From a virus, in UHGV virus genome UHGV-1372970: a DNA stretch of 64,000 nt. The stretch is one strand, 5' to 3'. Positions 16,421-26,401 of the stretch are shown here, piece by piece. A model generated the notes under the pieces. The model was not told where the DNA came from. It was given only the letters and a program-made list of their open reading frames with translations, and made no database searches. Position 1 is the stretch's first letter. Each line of letters begins with the position of its first letter. The position numbers were made by a program, and so were the translations under genes.

Positions 16421-18793
16421 TTATTTTGAGGTGTCAAATTCAATAATGTCGGCATCGTCTTCCATCGCCTGGATGGCAGTTCGCTTTTTGCCGTCAGTGC
16501 ATTGGTGAAGCGCTGCGCGGTGAACAATGACAGTCTGGCCATCATCAGTTTGAACCTCCAGCCAACCCAGCTGCGCACGTTCTGAGAAGTCAGCACCGAT
16601 CTTTTTCATCTTCTCGATGTCTTTTTTACCGATCGCTTTCCTGACCATGTCAGCCTCGGCAAGTGAGAATCCAGCCAGAATCTGCGATGCCTTCATGATC
16701 TGTTCCTGATAGACCAATACGCCGTTTGTTTCTCTTGTCAGATCGTCAAGACTTGGGTGAAGCGATGAGGCATCTTCGTAACCACGCGCAACACTGACGT
16801 AGGTATCCATCATGCCTGACTGCATCGGGCCAGGTCGGTAGAGCGCTGTCGTGGCAACGGCCATCTCAAACGACATTGGCTTTATGCCGCTTCCCAAATT
16901 TTTAAGCAGGTTTCTCATGCCGCCAGACTCGAACTGAAATACGCCGGTTGTTTCGCCCAGCGCCATGCCGTCGAGTACGCGCTTGTCGTCCAGTGGGATC
17001 GCATCGAGGTTGACGTCTATACCCTCGTTCTCTTTGATGTAGCGCTTAGCCAGCGCCAGCAAATCGAGAGTAGCCAGCCCTAACACGTCCAGTTTGATAA
17101 GCCCCATGGATTCACAGAAACGCTTGTCAAACGCGATACAGCGCACACCGTTGCGTAATTCCACTGGTGTACGTTCTGTTAACGGAACGCCAGACACAAT
17201 TACCCCTGCAGCGTGTTTGCTGTAGCTGCGCATCAGTGACTGGAGTTTACAAGCCGCCTCGAACGCTTCTGGATTGGCTTTGGCGTATTTGTCCAGCGCC
17301 CCCAACTGCTCGCGTGTTTCTTCGAGAGATAAGCCCTCGTCATCGAATGGCTTCAGCTGCTTTGATACGGCCATATCTTCAGACGACACGCCATAAATTC
17401 GCGCCGTGTCACGCAGTGCCGAAGCCATGCCCAGATATGAGAAGTTTGGAATGCCGGCGACATAGTCTTCACCGTAATGCTCTTCAAGATATTCAAGAAC
17501 ACGCTGGCGCAGAGCCTGGCTGAAGTCCAGATCCGCATCGGGTAAGTCGAGACGCTCCGGGTTGATGAAACGCTCAAACAGCAATCCATGACGTAGAGGG
17601 TCAATATTGGTGATCCCAATAGCCCACGCAACCAATGAGCCTGCAGATGAGCCACGACCAGGGCCAACGGGAATATCTTCTTCTCGCGCCCACGTAAGTA
17701 AGTTCTCCACCATCAGGAAGTAACCGCAGAAACCCAGGCGCTTCAGCACAGATAACTCATAGCGGAGACGGTTGATATACATTGGGTACTGTTCGGTCGG
17801 TGGCTTCCATCCAAACTCAAGCGTCGTTAAGCGTCGTTTCAGGCCTTCAGCTGCCATGCGAGTTAGCTGTTCGCCTTCGTCTTCTGCCATTACTGGAAGA
17901 CTCACCGGCATTTCATGCCATCGCCAGCTGCACGCCGAGATGATCTCATCCTGAGTGTCGTTAACCATGGCGGAACTGACGCCCTCGACGTTCATGCGCT
18001 TGGCGAACTCCATCAGACGAACCAGCAAATGCTTGCGGTCCTGAATTGAGTTATCGCGTTGGTGAGGGATATGGAAGCGATAAGGCTGATCTGTTTTGAT
18101 GTTATTGATAACCATGTGCGCAATGTCGCGCAGGTCAGCATCCTCTTCCTTTTCGTAATATGCAGGATAGAACGCCACAGGAGCGATTTTAAGAGCCTGG
18201 GCGACGCTCATTGCCTTCTTGTTCAGCTGATCATACAAAGGCGTGGAAATGGGGTACACGACGCTATAGAAGTTGTCGCGACCACCCGCAGAAAGTAGGG
18301 CGGATAAAATACTGACGAAATCAGGCCGGTGGAAGATGCTGTCACGGTCAGAAGTCAGAAGTAAGATGTTACCTTTGGCATATGTCTCAACCAGCTGCCT
18401 CAGTGAGATCCGCGGTATAAAGTAAAACTGCTCGCGGCGGTTGCCCAGCGTCATCAGCTCGCAAAGGTCTTTATACCCTTCGTTGTTTTTGATCAGCGCA
18501 GTAAAGCTGTACTGGCGACCCATTTTGTAAACGGGTACTTCCTCACCTGACTCTTTTGCTTTTTTCACCAGTCCTTCATGGAATGGGTTATCACTAACGA
18601 TAAGACGAACGCCGCAGACGACGGCCATGTCGTCGCCGGCTGATTGCTGCAGCGGGATGATTGATGCCAGGTTCATTGTGTCAGCGCTAATGACGGCTGA
18701 GTAACCTAGCTCTTTTGCCACTTGCACGACACGACCGGCTTTTAACGCCGACTCCCCGAGGGAAAAGTCAGTGCGTACCATTAATGCTTTCAT
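16421..18793 (-). CDS. dnaE: DNA polymerase III alpha (DnaE), N-terminal piece (PHP, palm, thumb, most of fingers)
   Basis: PHP domain at the N-terminus. GSxxG, YQEQ and GKK motifs present. Confidence 0.85.
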   Translation of the reverse strand: MKALMVRTDFSLGESALKAGRVVQVAKELGYSAVISADTMNLASIIPLQQSAGDDMAVVCGVRLIVSDNPFHEGLVKKAKESGEEVPVYKMGRQYSFTALIKNNEGYKDLCELMTLGNRREQFYFIPRISLRQLVETYAKGNILLLTSDRDSIFHRPDFVSILSALLSAGGRDNFYSVVYPISTPLYDQLNKKAMSVAQALKIAPVAFYPAYYEKEEDADLRDIAHMVINNIKTDQPYRFHIPHQRDNSIQDRKHLLVRLMEFAKRMNVEGVSSAMVNDTQDEIISACSWRWHEMPVSLPVMAEDEGEQLTRMAAEGLKRRLTTLEFGWKPPTEQYPMYINRLRYELSVLKRLGFCGYFLMVENLLTWAREEDIPVGPGRGSSAGSLVAWAIGITNIDPLRHGLLFERFINPERLDLPDADLDFSQALRQRVLEYLEEHYGEDYVAGIPNFSYLGMASALRDTARIYGVSSEDMAVSKQLKPFDDEGLSLEETREQLGALDKYAKANPEAFEAACKLQSLMRSYSKHAAGVIVSGVPLTERTPVELRNGVRCIAFDKRFCESMGLIKLDVLGLATLDLLALAKRYIKENEGIDVNLDAIPLDDKRVLDGMALGETTGVFQFESGGMRNLLKNLGSGIKPMSFEMAVATTALYRPGPMQSGMMDTYVSVARGYEDASSLHPSLDDLTRETNGVLVYQEQIMKASQILAGFSLAEADMVRKAIGKKDIEKMKKIGADFSERAQLGWLEVQTDDGQTVIVHRAALHQCTDGKKRTAIQAMEDDADIIEFDTSK

Positions 18794-18975
18794 GTGCTTT
18801 CCTTCTTTGTTTTCTTTTTATTTTTGATGCTGTCGACCGGGAAACCAGCGAACTTTCCAAACATGGACTCAATGTTTTTACGAGCTTCATCATGACAGCG
18901 AGGCCTGTCACCACAACGGGCGCAGACCTCGCTTTTTTCTGACGCTGTTAGCGCCGAACCAAAACAACCTTTATC
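18790..18975 (-). CDS. small Cys-rich (CxxC...C..H) protein, translationally coupled between cobS and dnaE
   Basis: ATG overlaps the cobS stop and its stop overlaps the dnaE ATG. This is the C-terminal part of track ORF 18790..19182. Confidence 0.35.
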   Translation of the reverse strand, partial: DKGCFGSALTASEKSEVCARCGDRPRCHDEARKNIESMFGKFAGFPVDSIKNKKKTKKEST

Positions 18976-20209
18976 CATCACCGAATACACGCTGAGCCAT
19001 TTCTGTCGCCGCGAGAGCGCTGGTGGATGGCAGTTTGTTAATGAATGACTTGGTAACGCCTTTCCTGAAGTTGTGATGAGCCATGCCGAGCATCGCTGCA
19101 TTGCGCAGTTCACGAGGTCCGATTGGCTGGCTAATACTCCCCGCTTCATAGCCGTTACGAATACGAGTGGCAAAATCGACAAGCATAGTCGCGTGAGCTT
19201 TTGGTAGGCCCATCTGCTCCAGCATCAACCGCTCCTGCTCTACGCTCATGTACTTAACATGGGAGACGATGCCGAAGCGTGAGAAGTTCGCCGCATTCTG
19301 AATGTTGGTGCCTTGATACAGACCAGTCTCGTCACCAGAGCCGTTAGTGTTACCAGTTCCGATAAAGGCGAATCGTTTGTGAGGCTCAACGTAACGCCAT
19401 TCCGGTGTCGCTTCTTTGATGATCAGTGGCTCACCTTCCAGCACTGGCTGGTACACGCCGAGGATTTGCGGATAGGCAAAGTCGTACTCATCAGCCAGAT
19501 ATACCCAGCCGTTACGCATAGCGCTTGCCAGTAATCCCGGCTCGAAGTAAGTCGCCCCGTTCTTAACCAGAATCTGACCGCAAATATGCGACTCTTCAGT
19601 CGAGGCGGTGTGCTGGGAGCGAATGATGGGGCGATTCAGACGTGCGCAAATCTGAGTTGGAAGCGTACTCTTACCGGTTCCAGCGTGACCCCATAAATAG
19701 CCAGGCATACCCATTTCGATCATCATCAGGACATCTTTCAGCAGATCGATGTCACCGAATACATAGTCTGGTTTCGCCTTTGGCACGAACTCCGGGAATG
19801 GCTTGTTGATGTTGACGGTAATGCGAAGAGGTTCGCCAGACGCTGACACAAGCAGTTCCGGGTCAAGACCCATAACCTCATGCACAGCTACCTTTTCGAC
19901 CATGTAATCCTCGAAACCGGCATAACCCACAACCGCCGCTTCTTTTACACTCTTCTTCTCTGCCTCTTTCTCTTTCAGTTTTTTAGCTGCGGCAGCTGAC
20001 ATCGTTGGGGCTTCGGGGAACTGCGCCACATAAGCGCGGATCAGCTCTTCCGGTGTTTTCCCCTTATGCTCAGTCGGAATGGCGCTGCACTTCTTACGAA
20101 TGAAGTGAGAGCCTACATGATGCGTGTCACCCTCACACCACTTGCACAAAATTGGCTTTTCATCCGGCGAGTCTGGCGCTGACTCTTGGTTTTGCGATTT
20201 GACCGTCAT
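18971..20209 (-). CDS. cobS: MoxR/CobS-like AAA+ ATPase
   Basis: GHAGTGKSTL Walker A plus AAA+ body. Paired with the downstream vWA protein. Confidence 0.7.
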   Translation of the reverse strand: MTVKSQNQESAPDSPDEKPILCKWCEGDTHHVGSHFIRKKCSAIPTEHKGKTPEELIRAYVAQFPEAPTMSAAAAKKLKEKEAEKKSVKEAAVVGYAGFEDYMVEKVAVHEVMGLDPELLVSASGEPLRITVNINKPFPEFVPKAKPDYVFGDIDLLKDVLMMIEMGMPGYLWGHAGTGKSTLPTQICARLNRPIIRSQHTASTEESHICGQILVKNGATYFEPGLLASAMRNGWVYLADEYDFAYPQILGVYQPVLEGEPLIIKEATPEWRYVEPHKRFAFIGTGNTNGSGDETGLYQGTNIQNAANFSRFGIVSHVKYMSVEQERLMLEQMGLPKAHATMLVDFATRIRNGYEAGSISQPIGPRELRNAAMLGMAHHNFRKGVTKSFINKLPSTSALAATEMAQRVFGDG

Positions 20210-20305
20210 GTGTTTTCCTTTTGAATTGTTTTGGTGTGCTAATAATACTTATATGTAATAGGCAATGAAATAAGTATTTACTTATCTTTTTTGACCAAAG
20301 AAATG

Positions 20306-22270
20306 CTACGAAAGCAGGCGTTGCATTTGCTTAATCAGCGTCTCAGACAGCTCACCTACACTGCTCAGGCAGATGTTGTCACGATAGTAGTGGCGTGGCG
20401 CAGACGTCATTATGCCTATCCCCATTAGGTGAATATCCGACTCTTCCTCTATCTGCTTGGTAACTTGCTTCAGGTGCTCAGACAATCCGCGACCCTGTGC
20501 TTGTGGCATTCCGTCACTGAGTACGAGCATGATTTTCCGATCCTCCTGACGGCCAGAGAAGTGCTGCAATAAGGCTAAAATACTTTCACCATCGATATTC
20601 TCGGCCAGAACCATTGTTTTGGCGGTTGCGCCCATATTAATCATGGTTTGCTTACCTGACACTGGTGCTTCCCACGTCTTGATAATCGGCAGGAAAAGAG
20701 CCTCGGAGCGGTTAAACTCTCCTTTGCCTGGAACTGGTCGTGTGGAAGTGGTGAAGCCTGTAATCATTGTCTTAACGTTGATACGTGACAGAGCGTCAGC
20801 TAGTGTGTAAGCGGCAGCGCACGCTGTTTTTATCTTTGTGCCATTCATTGAGCCTGACATATCAATCACAATCTGGACACACGAGTTAACCGCGCGGCGA
20901 ATGTCCTTTTTACGGAAAACCCGGTCATCGTTAAGTGTGAGGCGATGAAGACTCGGCCCATGTAGTCTGCCTTTCCTCTGCCCAGGGATAAACTGAGTAC
21001 GGTTCTGACTGGCTATCGCTCGCTCAAGATCCTTAGCCAGCGTCGCGACAATATCGCCGGCTATCAAAGGCTTTATATGTTTCTCAAACATCGATTCGTG
21101 CGCAGGTAAAACGCGATAATTGCCTGGGTAGCCGTACATATCGAACTCTTTCACGCCACTGGATATTATGTTTTCGAAAAAACCGAAAGCATCTTCCATT
21201 TTACCCATGAAATCATAGGTTCTTTCATACGGGCGATAACCGGTCAAAAACTCGGACTCACTGGCTATTACGCTTTTCATCGCGCCTTCCATTGACATGT
21301 CATCGGAGCCTTCAGGCAGCTCCATCGACCCCAGACGGTCTAAATCTTCTTTGGATGGCTTTGGTATATCACCGGTTCCAGTCGACCCACCGCCACCGCC
21401 GCTCTCCGATTCGTCGTCTTCCGACTCGCCGTCGCTCTCAGACTCGCCATCACCACCTTCAGCTTTATCGTCTTCACTCGGCTCACACTCTCCGTCATCA
21501 GGCCTCGGGGCATCGTCTTCACCGTCACATTCGTCTTCGCTTGGCTCTGGAGTCGGCGTCGAGCTGTCAGGTTTTTTCTTTTCAGGTGGGGTTTCTTCGC
21601 TTTCTGACGGGTCGCTCTTATCCTCCATTGGCTTATCGACCAGCAGCTGAACGATTTTAGCGGCCACGGCCAAGCTGTCGTTGGTGGACTGGATATTGGG
21701 TATCATTTTATCAACGCCGTGTTTCAGCAAGAGAGAAACAGGCTCTTTGACGTGCTCCCAGCGGTCGGCCATATAGTCAGAAAACGGCAACTGGCCACTC
21801 CACGCACGAAGCACTGGAACAAGGTAAAACTCAAGAAACATGCGCGTAGGATCGCCTGATTTGTCGGCGATCGCTTCGCTTTCTTTAGGGGTGAATACCG
21901 TGTCGATGACATGGCGCTGAGTGTTAAGAAGGTTCGCTTTTGAGCCTTTAAACATCTCGCCCATTTTGCGTTCGATGAAGGTGTCTTCTACAGCATTCCA
22001 TACATAACCCTTCCCAACGACGCCATCGGTAAACAGCACGTGTGCAACCTCATGGTCGATAAATCCACGTATTGCCATGAGAAATTTATCGCTGGCGTCA
22101 TCGGGAATGGATGGTATGCAGATTAGAACTGGTTCGCCTTTGACGTTGTACTCGACATACGCTTTGGCGCCTCGCTCGATGACAGGGATGTCTCGGTCGA
22201 CCAGCATTGATACAATGTTCTTTATTGCCTCGCGGAACTTAATGACGTCTTTAACAGATGTTTTTTCCAT
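20306..22270 (-). CDS. cobT: CobT-like von Willebrand factor A protein with poly-acidic linker
   Basis: C-terminal vWA region and a long D/E/S-rich segment. Confidence 0.65.
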   Translation of the reverse strand: MEKTSVKDVIKFREAIKNIVSMLVDRDIPVIERGAKAYVEYNVKGEPVLICIPSIPDDASDKFLMAIRGFIDHEVAHVLFTDGVVGKGYVWNAVEDTFIERKMGEMFKGSKANLLNTQRHVIDTVFTPKESEAIADKSGDPTRMFLEFYLVPVLRAWSGQLPFSDYMADRWEHVKEPVSLLLKHGVDKMIPNIQSTNDSLAVAAKIVQLLVDKPMEDKSDPSESEETPPEKKKPDSSTPTPEPSEDECDGEDDAPRPDDGECEPSEDDKAEGGDGESESDGESEDDESESGGGGGSTGTGDIPKPSKEDLDRLGSMELPEGSDDMSMEGAMKSVIASESEFLTGYRPYERTYDFMGKMEDAFGFFENIISSGVKEFDMYGYPGNYRVLPAHESMFEKHIKPLIAGDIVATLAKDLERAIASQNRTQFIPGQRKGRLHGPSLHRLTLNDDRVFRKKDIRRAVNSCVQIVIDMSGSMNGTKIKTACAAAYTLADALSRINVKTMITGFTTSTRPVPGKGEFNRSEALFLPIIKTWEAPVSGKQTMINMGATAKTMVLAENIDGESILALLQHFSGRQEDRKIMLVLSDGMPQAQGRGLSEHLKQVTKQIEEESDIHLMGIGIMTSAPRHYYRDNICLSSVGELSETLIKQMQRLLS

Positions 22271-22865
22271 ACCTAGCCCATAAATGGTTACTTACTTTTA
22301 TGGGCATAATAAACATAATCAATGTAAATAAAAAGACAAAAAAGAAGGGGCGAAATCTTACTTAATTCGGGAACAAATGAGGATGAAACATGACATGCTT
22401 TGCATTAAAATAAACTCCTTATGCAAGTGATTAATATGAAAAAAAACATCATTCATCCCCGAAATTTGATGGTCTTCAGCACCCAGCTCGCAAATCAAGT
22501 CTGCACCAATCTGATCTGTTACAGTGGTTGCAGATTGTTCACATGCCGAGTACATCCAATTCAAAACTGTATTCATATTGATACCATCTAATAGGTTATT
22601 GTTTACTAATGTGTCCTAATTTTGACGCGGATCAAAATTACTATTATTTCCTTAGAATTACAACAATTTTGCACAAAAACTACGTTGTTAGCCTATTGAC
22701 ATGTTAGGTTTTGTAGTGTAGGAAAGCAGCTAAGTACCAAAAATTACGGCTTGTATTTACATTTTTCATCTGGTGGTTTAGTCTTGAGCAATACATAAAT
22801 ATGTAATTACTTACTGTTCACGGTAAGTATGTAAATACTAATATATAATTTAAATACAAGGCGGA

Positions 22866-23180
22866 GTGAATTTCATGCAAGAGTCAAAAGGTCGTTATCG
22901 TCCATTTATGACCGCAGCTATGCTGACCTGTGGCAAGACACAAGTCCAGGTGGCCAAAGAGATTGGTTTTGAAAATGCCAATAACATCTCTCTTATCAAA
23001 TCTGGCCGCGCTCATCTTTCTATCGATAAGGTCATTCCTTTTGCTAAATCGGTTGGCGCACCACCTGACGAGTTTATGATGATGTACCTTGCTGAACGTC
23101 AGCCAGAGGTTTACCAATTCATCCAAAAACTGAAGCAAGAGAATGATGAGATGAAGAAAAAACTAGGCATTACTGATTGA
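22866..23180 (+). CDS. HTH (XRE-like) transcriptional regulator
   Basis: QVAKEIGFENANNISLIKSG helix-turn-helix. TATAAT box about 20 bp upstream. Confidence 0.6.
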   Translation: MNFMQESKGRYRPFMTAAMLTCGKTQVQVAKEIGFENANNISLIKSGRAHLSIDKVIPFAKSVGAPPDEFMMMYLAERQPEVYQFIQKLKQENDEMKKKLGITD

Positions 23181-24204
23181 TTTTACATTTTTCCATCAAA
23201 AAATCAGAGTAAGCTAACATTGCCTCGATCATCCTATCCATATAGTCGTGTCGGTTGTAGACGCGATCTATCCCCTCAAGGCTGTGGTTCATTATCTTAC
23301 GGGCCACATCCTGATCTACGTTAAGTCTGGACAGCGAGCTTCTTGCTGTCCTTCTTAAATCCCTGATTTCAAACGGTTCCGGTAGAGCGTCTGATAGATA
23401 TTTCTTCGCCATTATCCGTCGCGAGGCTTGTGCGACCATCACCTTTGACGCTGGCTTCGCGGCAGTCTTTGGGGACGGTACGAGCCACTCACTGTCACCA
23501 GCGGCGTCTATCATTTTGTCGATGCAGATCCTCATTATTGGACTGATAGGAAGAGAGTGATCGCGGCCAGATTTGTTGCGCTCACCTTGATTCCATACAT
23601 CTCTATGAAGGTCGAACTCGTCTCGCCTGGCCCGGAGGACTTCATCAGGTCTTCTGGCTGAGCAAAGAATAAAGCGAGCCGCCCAGCGCGTACTTTCTGA
23701 CACTTCAGCAAAATCCCACATATGCCAAAACTTCTCCAGCTCATCGTCGGTAAGCACTCGTTCCCGCGGTTTTGGTTTTGCTCCGCCAGCCACTTTGTTT
23801 AGAGACATCGTGGCGAGTGGCGACGACTCGATAATGCCCTGGAACTCACACCAACCAAGAAACTGTTTAATAACAGAAAATACACGGCGGCTCTGGACTA
23901 GCTTACCATCCAGAACGAGTGCGTTGATCAGACGATTGATTGCAAGGCGGTTCATGTCTTCAACTTTCATTTCGCCAATCACCGGCATAGCGTGGATCAG
24001 TATGCAGTGAACGCCAAGCTCCGGGCGGCGGCGAGTTACCAGCAACGACAGCCGTGTAAAAAGCATAAATGCCTCATCGAACGACGAATCGCCTCTGAGT
24101 GAGACAATCTGTTTCCCGGTCAACGTCTGGCATTGTTTCAAATACTCAACAGTTTCGGCGGAGCAATTTTCTGATGCACGGTCAATATCAAAAGAATTAT
24201 ACAC
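23170..24204 (-). CDS. tyrosine recombinase (integrase or resolvase family, Cre-sized)
   Basis: C-terminal RDLRRTA...MNHS...YNRHDY boxes. Confidence 0.8.
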   Translation of the reverse strand: MYNSFDIDRASENCSAETVEYLKQCQTLTGKQIVSLRGDSSFDEAFMLFTRLSLLVTRRRPELGVHCILIHAMPVIGEMKVEDMNRLAINRLINALVLDGKLVQSRRVFSVIKQFLGWCEFQGIIESSPLATMSLNKVAGGAKPKPRERVLTDDELEKFWHMWDFAEVSESTRWAARFILCSARRPDEVLRARRDEFDLHRDVWNQGERNKSGRDHSLPISPIMRICIDKMIDAAGDSEWLVPSPKTAAKPASKVMVAQASRRIMAKKYLSDALPEPFEIRDLRRTARSSLSRLNVDQDVARKIMNHSLEGIDRVYNRHDYMDRMIEAMLAYSDFLMEKCKINQ

Positions 24205-24289
24205 TTGCGCCTCCGTAATACTGTATGAATAAACAGTATTTAACTGTATTTAACTGTATCGGTCAACGGCAATGTACCCTCTTTTTCAC

Positions 24290-24322
24290 TGTGATTCCAT
24301 ACTTATATAGTATGGAATCACA
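24290..24322. promoter_or_regulatory. 33-bp perfect palindrome (14-bp arms, 5-bp centre); candidate recombinase target or operator
   Basis: TGTGATTCCATACT-TATAT-AGTATGGAATCACA, preceded by direct repeats TTAACTGTAT x2 and an ATACTGT/ACAGTAT inverted repeat. Confidence 0.5.
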
Positions 24323-24476
24323 AAAGGGCGTTTTAATGGAAACTAGATTTTTTTGCGTATATCTTTATTGATTTGCAAAACTGTGCGGAACTACTCCCAT
24401 CCCTTTAATTTTGCTGTAGAATGACTACAACTTTTCCACCCTCTCGGCAATTAGTCTTAATCTTAGAGAGAAAGAT

Positions 24477-24968
24477 ATGAAGCATTTTCACGAAATCTTG
24501 CACGATGAATTGCAAGGTTTTGAGGTTTTTAAGTATACGGATGTTTGCTTCACTTTTTCAGGCGATGAAACCAGGCAGATTACATTCAGGTTAGTTTTCT
24601 GTGCCGAAGACCAATCTGAAAATGGCACCTTGAATCAACTTTTTGGCGCAGAACTTGCTACACTATCGATAAGTGTAGTGAGTTTTTACAACATCGAGGC
24701 CGAAAGCAATGAAGCTTGTGATTCAATGTTTGAGAAACCACCTGGTGCGCCAGATCTGAACCCTTCGGAGATGCAGTACCTTTACAGAACACTAATTGAC
24801 ATTATTCTTCGAATATCCGAAACTGAACGCATCCAAGTTTTGACATTTGAAGCATACTCAGCAGAACTGAACCGAGTCTATAACCGACTGGTTAGGAAGT
24901 ATGCACAGGACAAGAACCTGATAGTACACATTGAGGGGGCTTGCTATGTTATACGGACGAGTAACTGA
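24477..24968 (+). CDS. hypothetical protein
   Basis: ORF only. Confidence 0.4.
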   Translation: MKHFHEILHDELQGFEVFKYTDVCFTFSGDETRQITFRLVFCAEDQSENGTLNQLFGAELATLSISVVSFYNIEAESNEACDSMFEKPPGAPDLNPSEMQYLYRTLIDIILRISETERIQVLTFEAYSAELNRVYNRLVRKYAQDKNLIVHIEGACYVIRTSN

Positions 24969-25098
24969 GAAAATGAACAAGAACATCAATTACGACGCAA
25001 TCCGCGCTCAGAAGAACGATATGATCCAGCGTTTCCTGCAGGCTAAGAAGAAAGCTGAGCAGAACGGGCAGGTTGTGACTAAGCCGATTGCTGTCTGA
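24946..25098 (+). CDS. small hypothetical protein (50 aa)
   Basis: GAGGGGG SD. Followed by a strong terminator. Below the ORF-track size cutoff. Confidence 0.3.
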   Translation: MLYGRVTEKMNKNINYDAIRAQKNDMIQRFLQAKKKAEQNGQVVTKPIAV

Positions 25099-25114
25099 TT
25101 CAATCAGCTAAACG

Positions 25115-25144
25115 AAAAGGGCTCCCAATGGGAGCCTTTTGTTT
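25115..25144 (+). terminator. Rho-independent terminator
   Basis: AAAAGGGCTCCCAATGGGAGCCTTTTGTTT. Confidence 0.7.
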
Positions 25145-25247
25145 ACCATTTATCAAGACCAAGCGCATGCTTCTTCCGAAGCAATGATTCTCTGCGGAAA
25201 TGGTATCCCTTCCTGCACATGTTTCATAAGACTTATAAGCAATCATT

Positions 25248-25745
25248 ATGCATATGTTCAGCAAGTTGCAGGCCTTAATGCCTGACGGTCGGCATCGCAT
25301 GTTGTATACCGTAGGTACTCCACCTGAAGTATATGAAGTACACTTCAACGAAATTGTTGATTATGATGACTCTCTTTTAGAGATCCCGGACGGCATTCTC
25401 ACTGGAGTCCGGCCGACACTCCTGAATCAAATGGGTGGATGTTACGAAATCGCCTTCGACCTCGTCAGCAACATCAAAAAAGGCACCTCGTTCGAACCAC
25501 CGAAGTCTTACGACCCGAACAAGCTTGGTACAATAATTGACCGTGCTATCATCTACCACTACAATAGGCATAGGCCATATTGTTATACGTTTTTGGCGTA
25601 CTCGCCAGCTCTGTCACGGCTTTACATGCGAACGCTAATGAAGTTAAGACATGAATTTAGCGACAGAATCGATAAGATCCACACTCATTTAGAACCAGGA
25701 GGAAGAGGGTATGTCATTGAATTTAAAACCAAAGAAAACTCGTAA
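25248..25745 (+). CDS. hypothetical protein
   Basis: ORF only. Confidence 0.4.
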   Translation: MHMFSKLQALMPDGRHRMLYTVGTPPEVYEVHFNEIVDYDDSLLEIPDGILTGVRPTLLNQMGGCYEIAFDLVSNIKKGTSFEPPKSYDPNKLGTIIDRAIIYHYNRHRPYCYTFLAYSPALSRLYMRTLMKLRHEFSDRIDKIHTHLEPGGRGYVIEFKTKENS

Positions 25746-25853
25746 AGAACCTCTGACACTGGAAGAGGCTCTTCGGTTGAAAGCGGCTCGTATGAAAGAA
25801 ACTCATGACTTTTTCCAGAGAAAAGGTAAAGAAAAGCTTCTGTCTGAAGCCTA
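25710..25853 (+). CDS. small hypothetical protein (47 aa) with strong SD GGAGGAAGAGGG
   Basis: Overlaps the end of the previous gene in another frame. Confidence 0.25.
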
Positions 25854-25984
25854 AATTAAATGTATTAGCTCAGATTTGACATGACACAGCTATGGCACAG
25901 AGCTAAACCTAACCCAACAGGCAATTCTGTGCCAACAGTAGACTTTAATTACAGATGTTATGGTAAATGTTGTGATTTTATTTT

Positions 25985-26401
25985 TTGGAATGGAGCGGGG
26001 GTATGTTTGGTTTTTGGCGAAAAAAAAATGGTTTGGAAAAAGCTAAAGAAAATTTTAAAAAAGACTTTGGCTTCTCAATATCAAATGCCCCTGATGAAGG
26101 GGTAATGTTGAAAACATTCTCTAATATGATTTCTCTAGCGGGAGGCGGGTTGAGTAATGATGCGCAAACTGCCTTGCTATACCGCCTTTATTGCATGAAT
26201 TTTTTGGCTGCGGCAACCATAATGCGTGAGGGGGGCGGAAAAATTGACATTAATAATTTAATATGGATTCCTGATTTTTTAAATAGATCTATTAATTATT
26301 CTGAAAGAGCTAAAGACCATATATTGCTAGAGAGCATTTCTGGTAATTTAAATAGGAGTATTGAAATTTATTTAGCTTCATTCAATATTAATCGAGGGTG
26401 A
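25985..26401 (+). CDS. hypothetical protein (AT-rich accessory gene)
   Basis: ORF only. Confidence 0.35.
   Translation: MEWSGGMFGFWRKKNGLEKAKENFKKDFGFSISNAPDEGVMLKTFSNMISLAGGGLSNDAQTALLYRLYCMNFLAAATIMREGGGKIDINNLIWIPDFLNRSINYSERAKDHILLESISGNLNRSIEIYLASFNINRG

Noticed and set aside
16351-16600. Intein at the DnaE split.
   Set aside because: No intein N-terminal Cys/Ser plus Hint blocks and no C-terminal HN-C/S/T. The pieces end and start with ordinary DnaE residues and each has a normal stop and RBS.
18790-19182. 130-aa ORF overlapping the cobS 3' end.
   Set aside because: Only the C-terminal 62 aa (18790..18975) lie outside cobS, and they are translationally coupled at both ends. The upstream part is an out-of-frame overlap.
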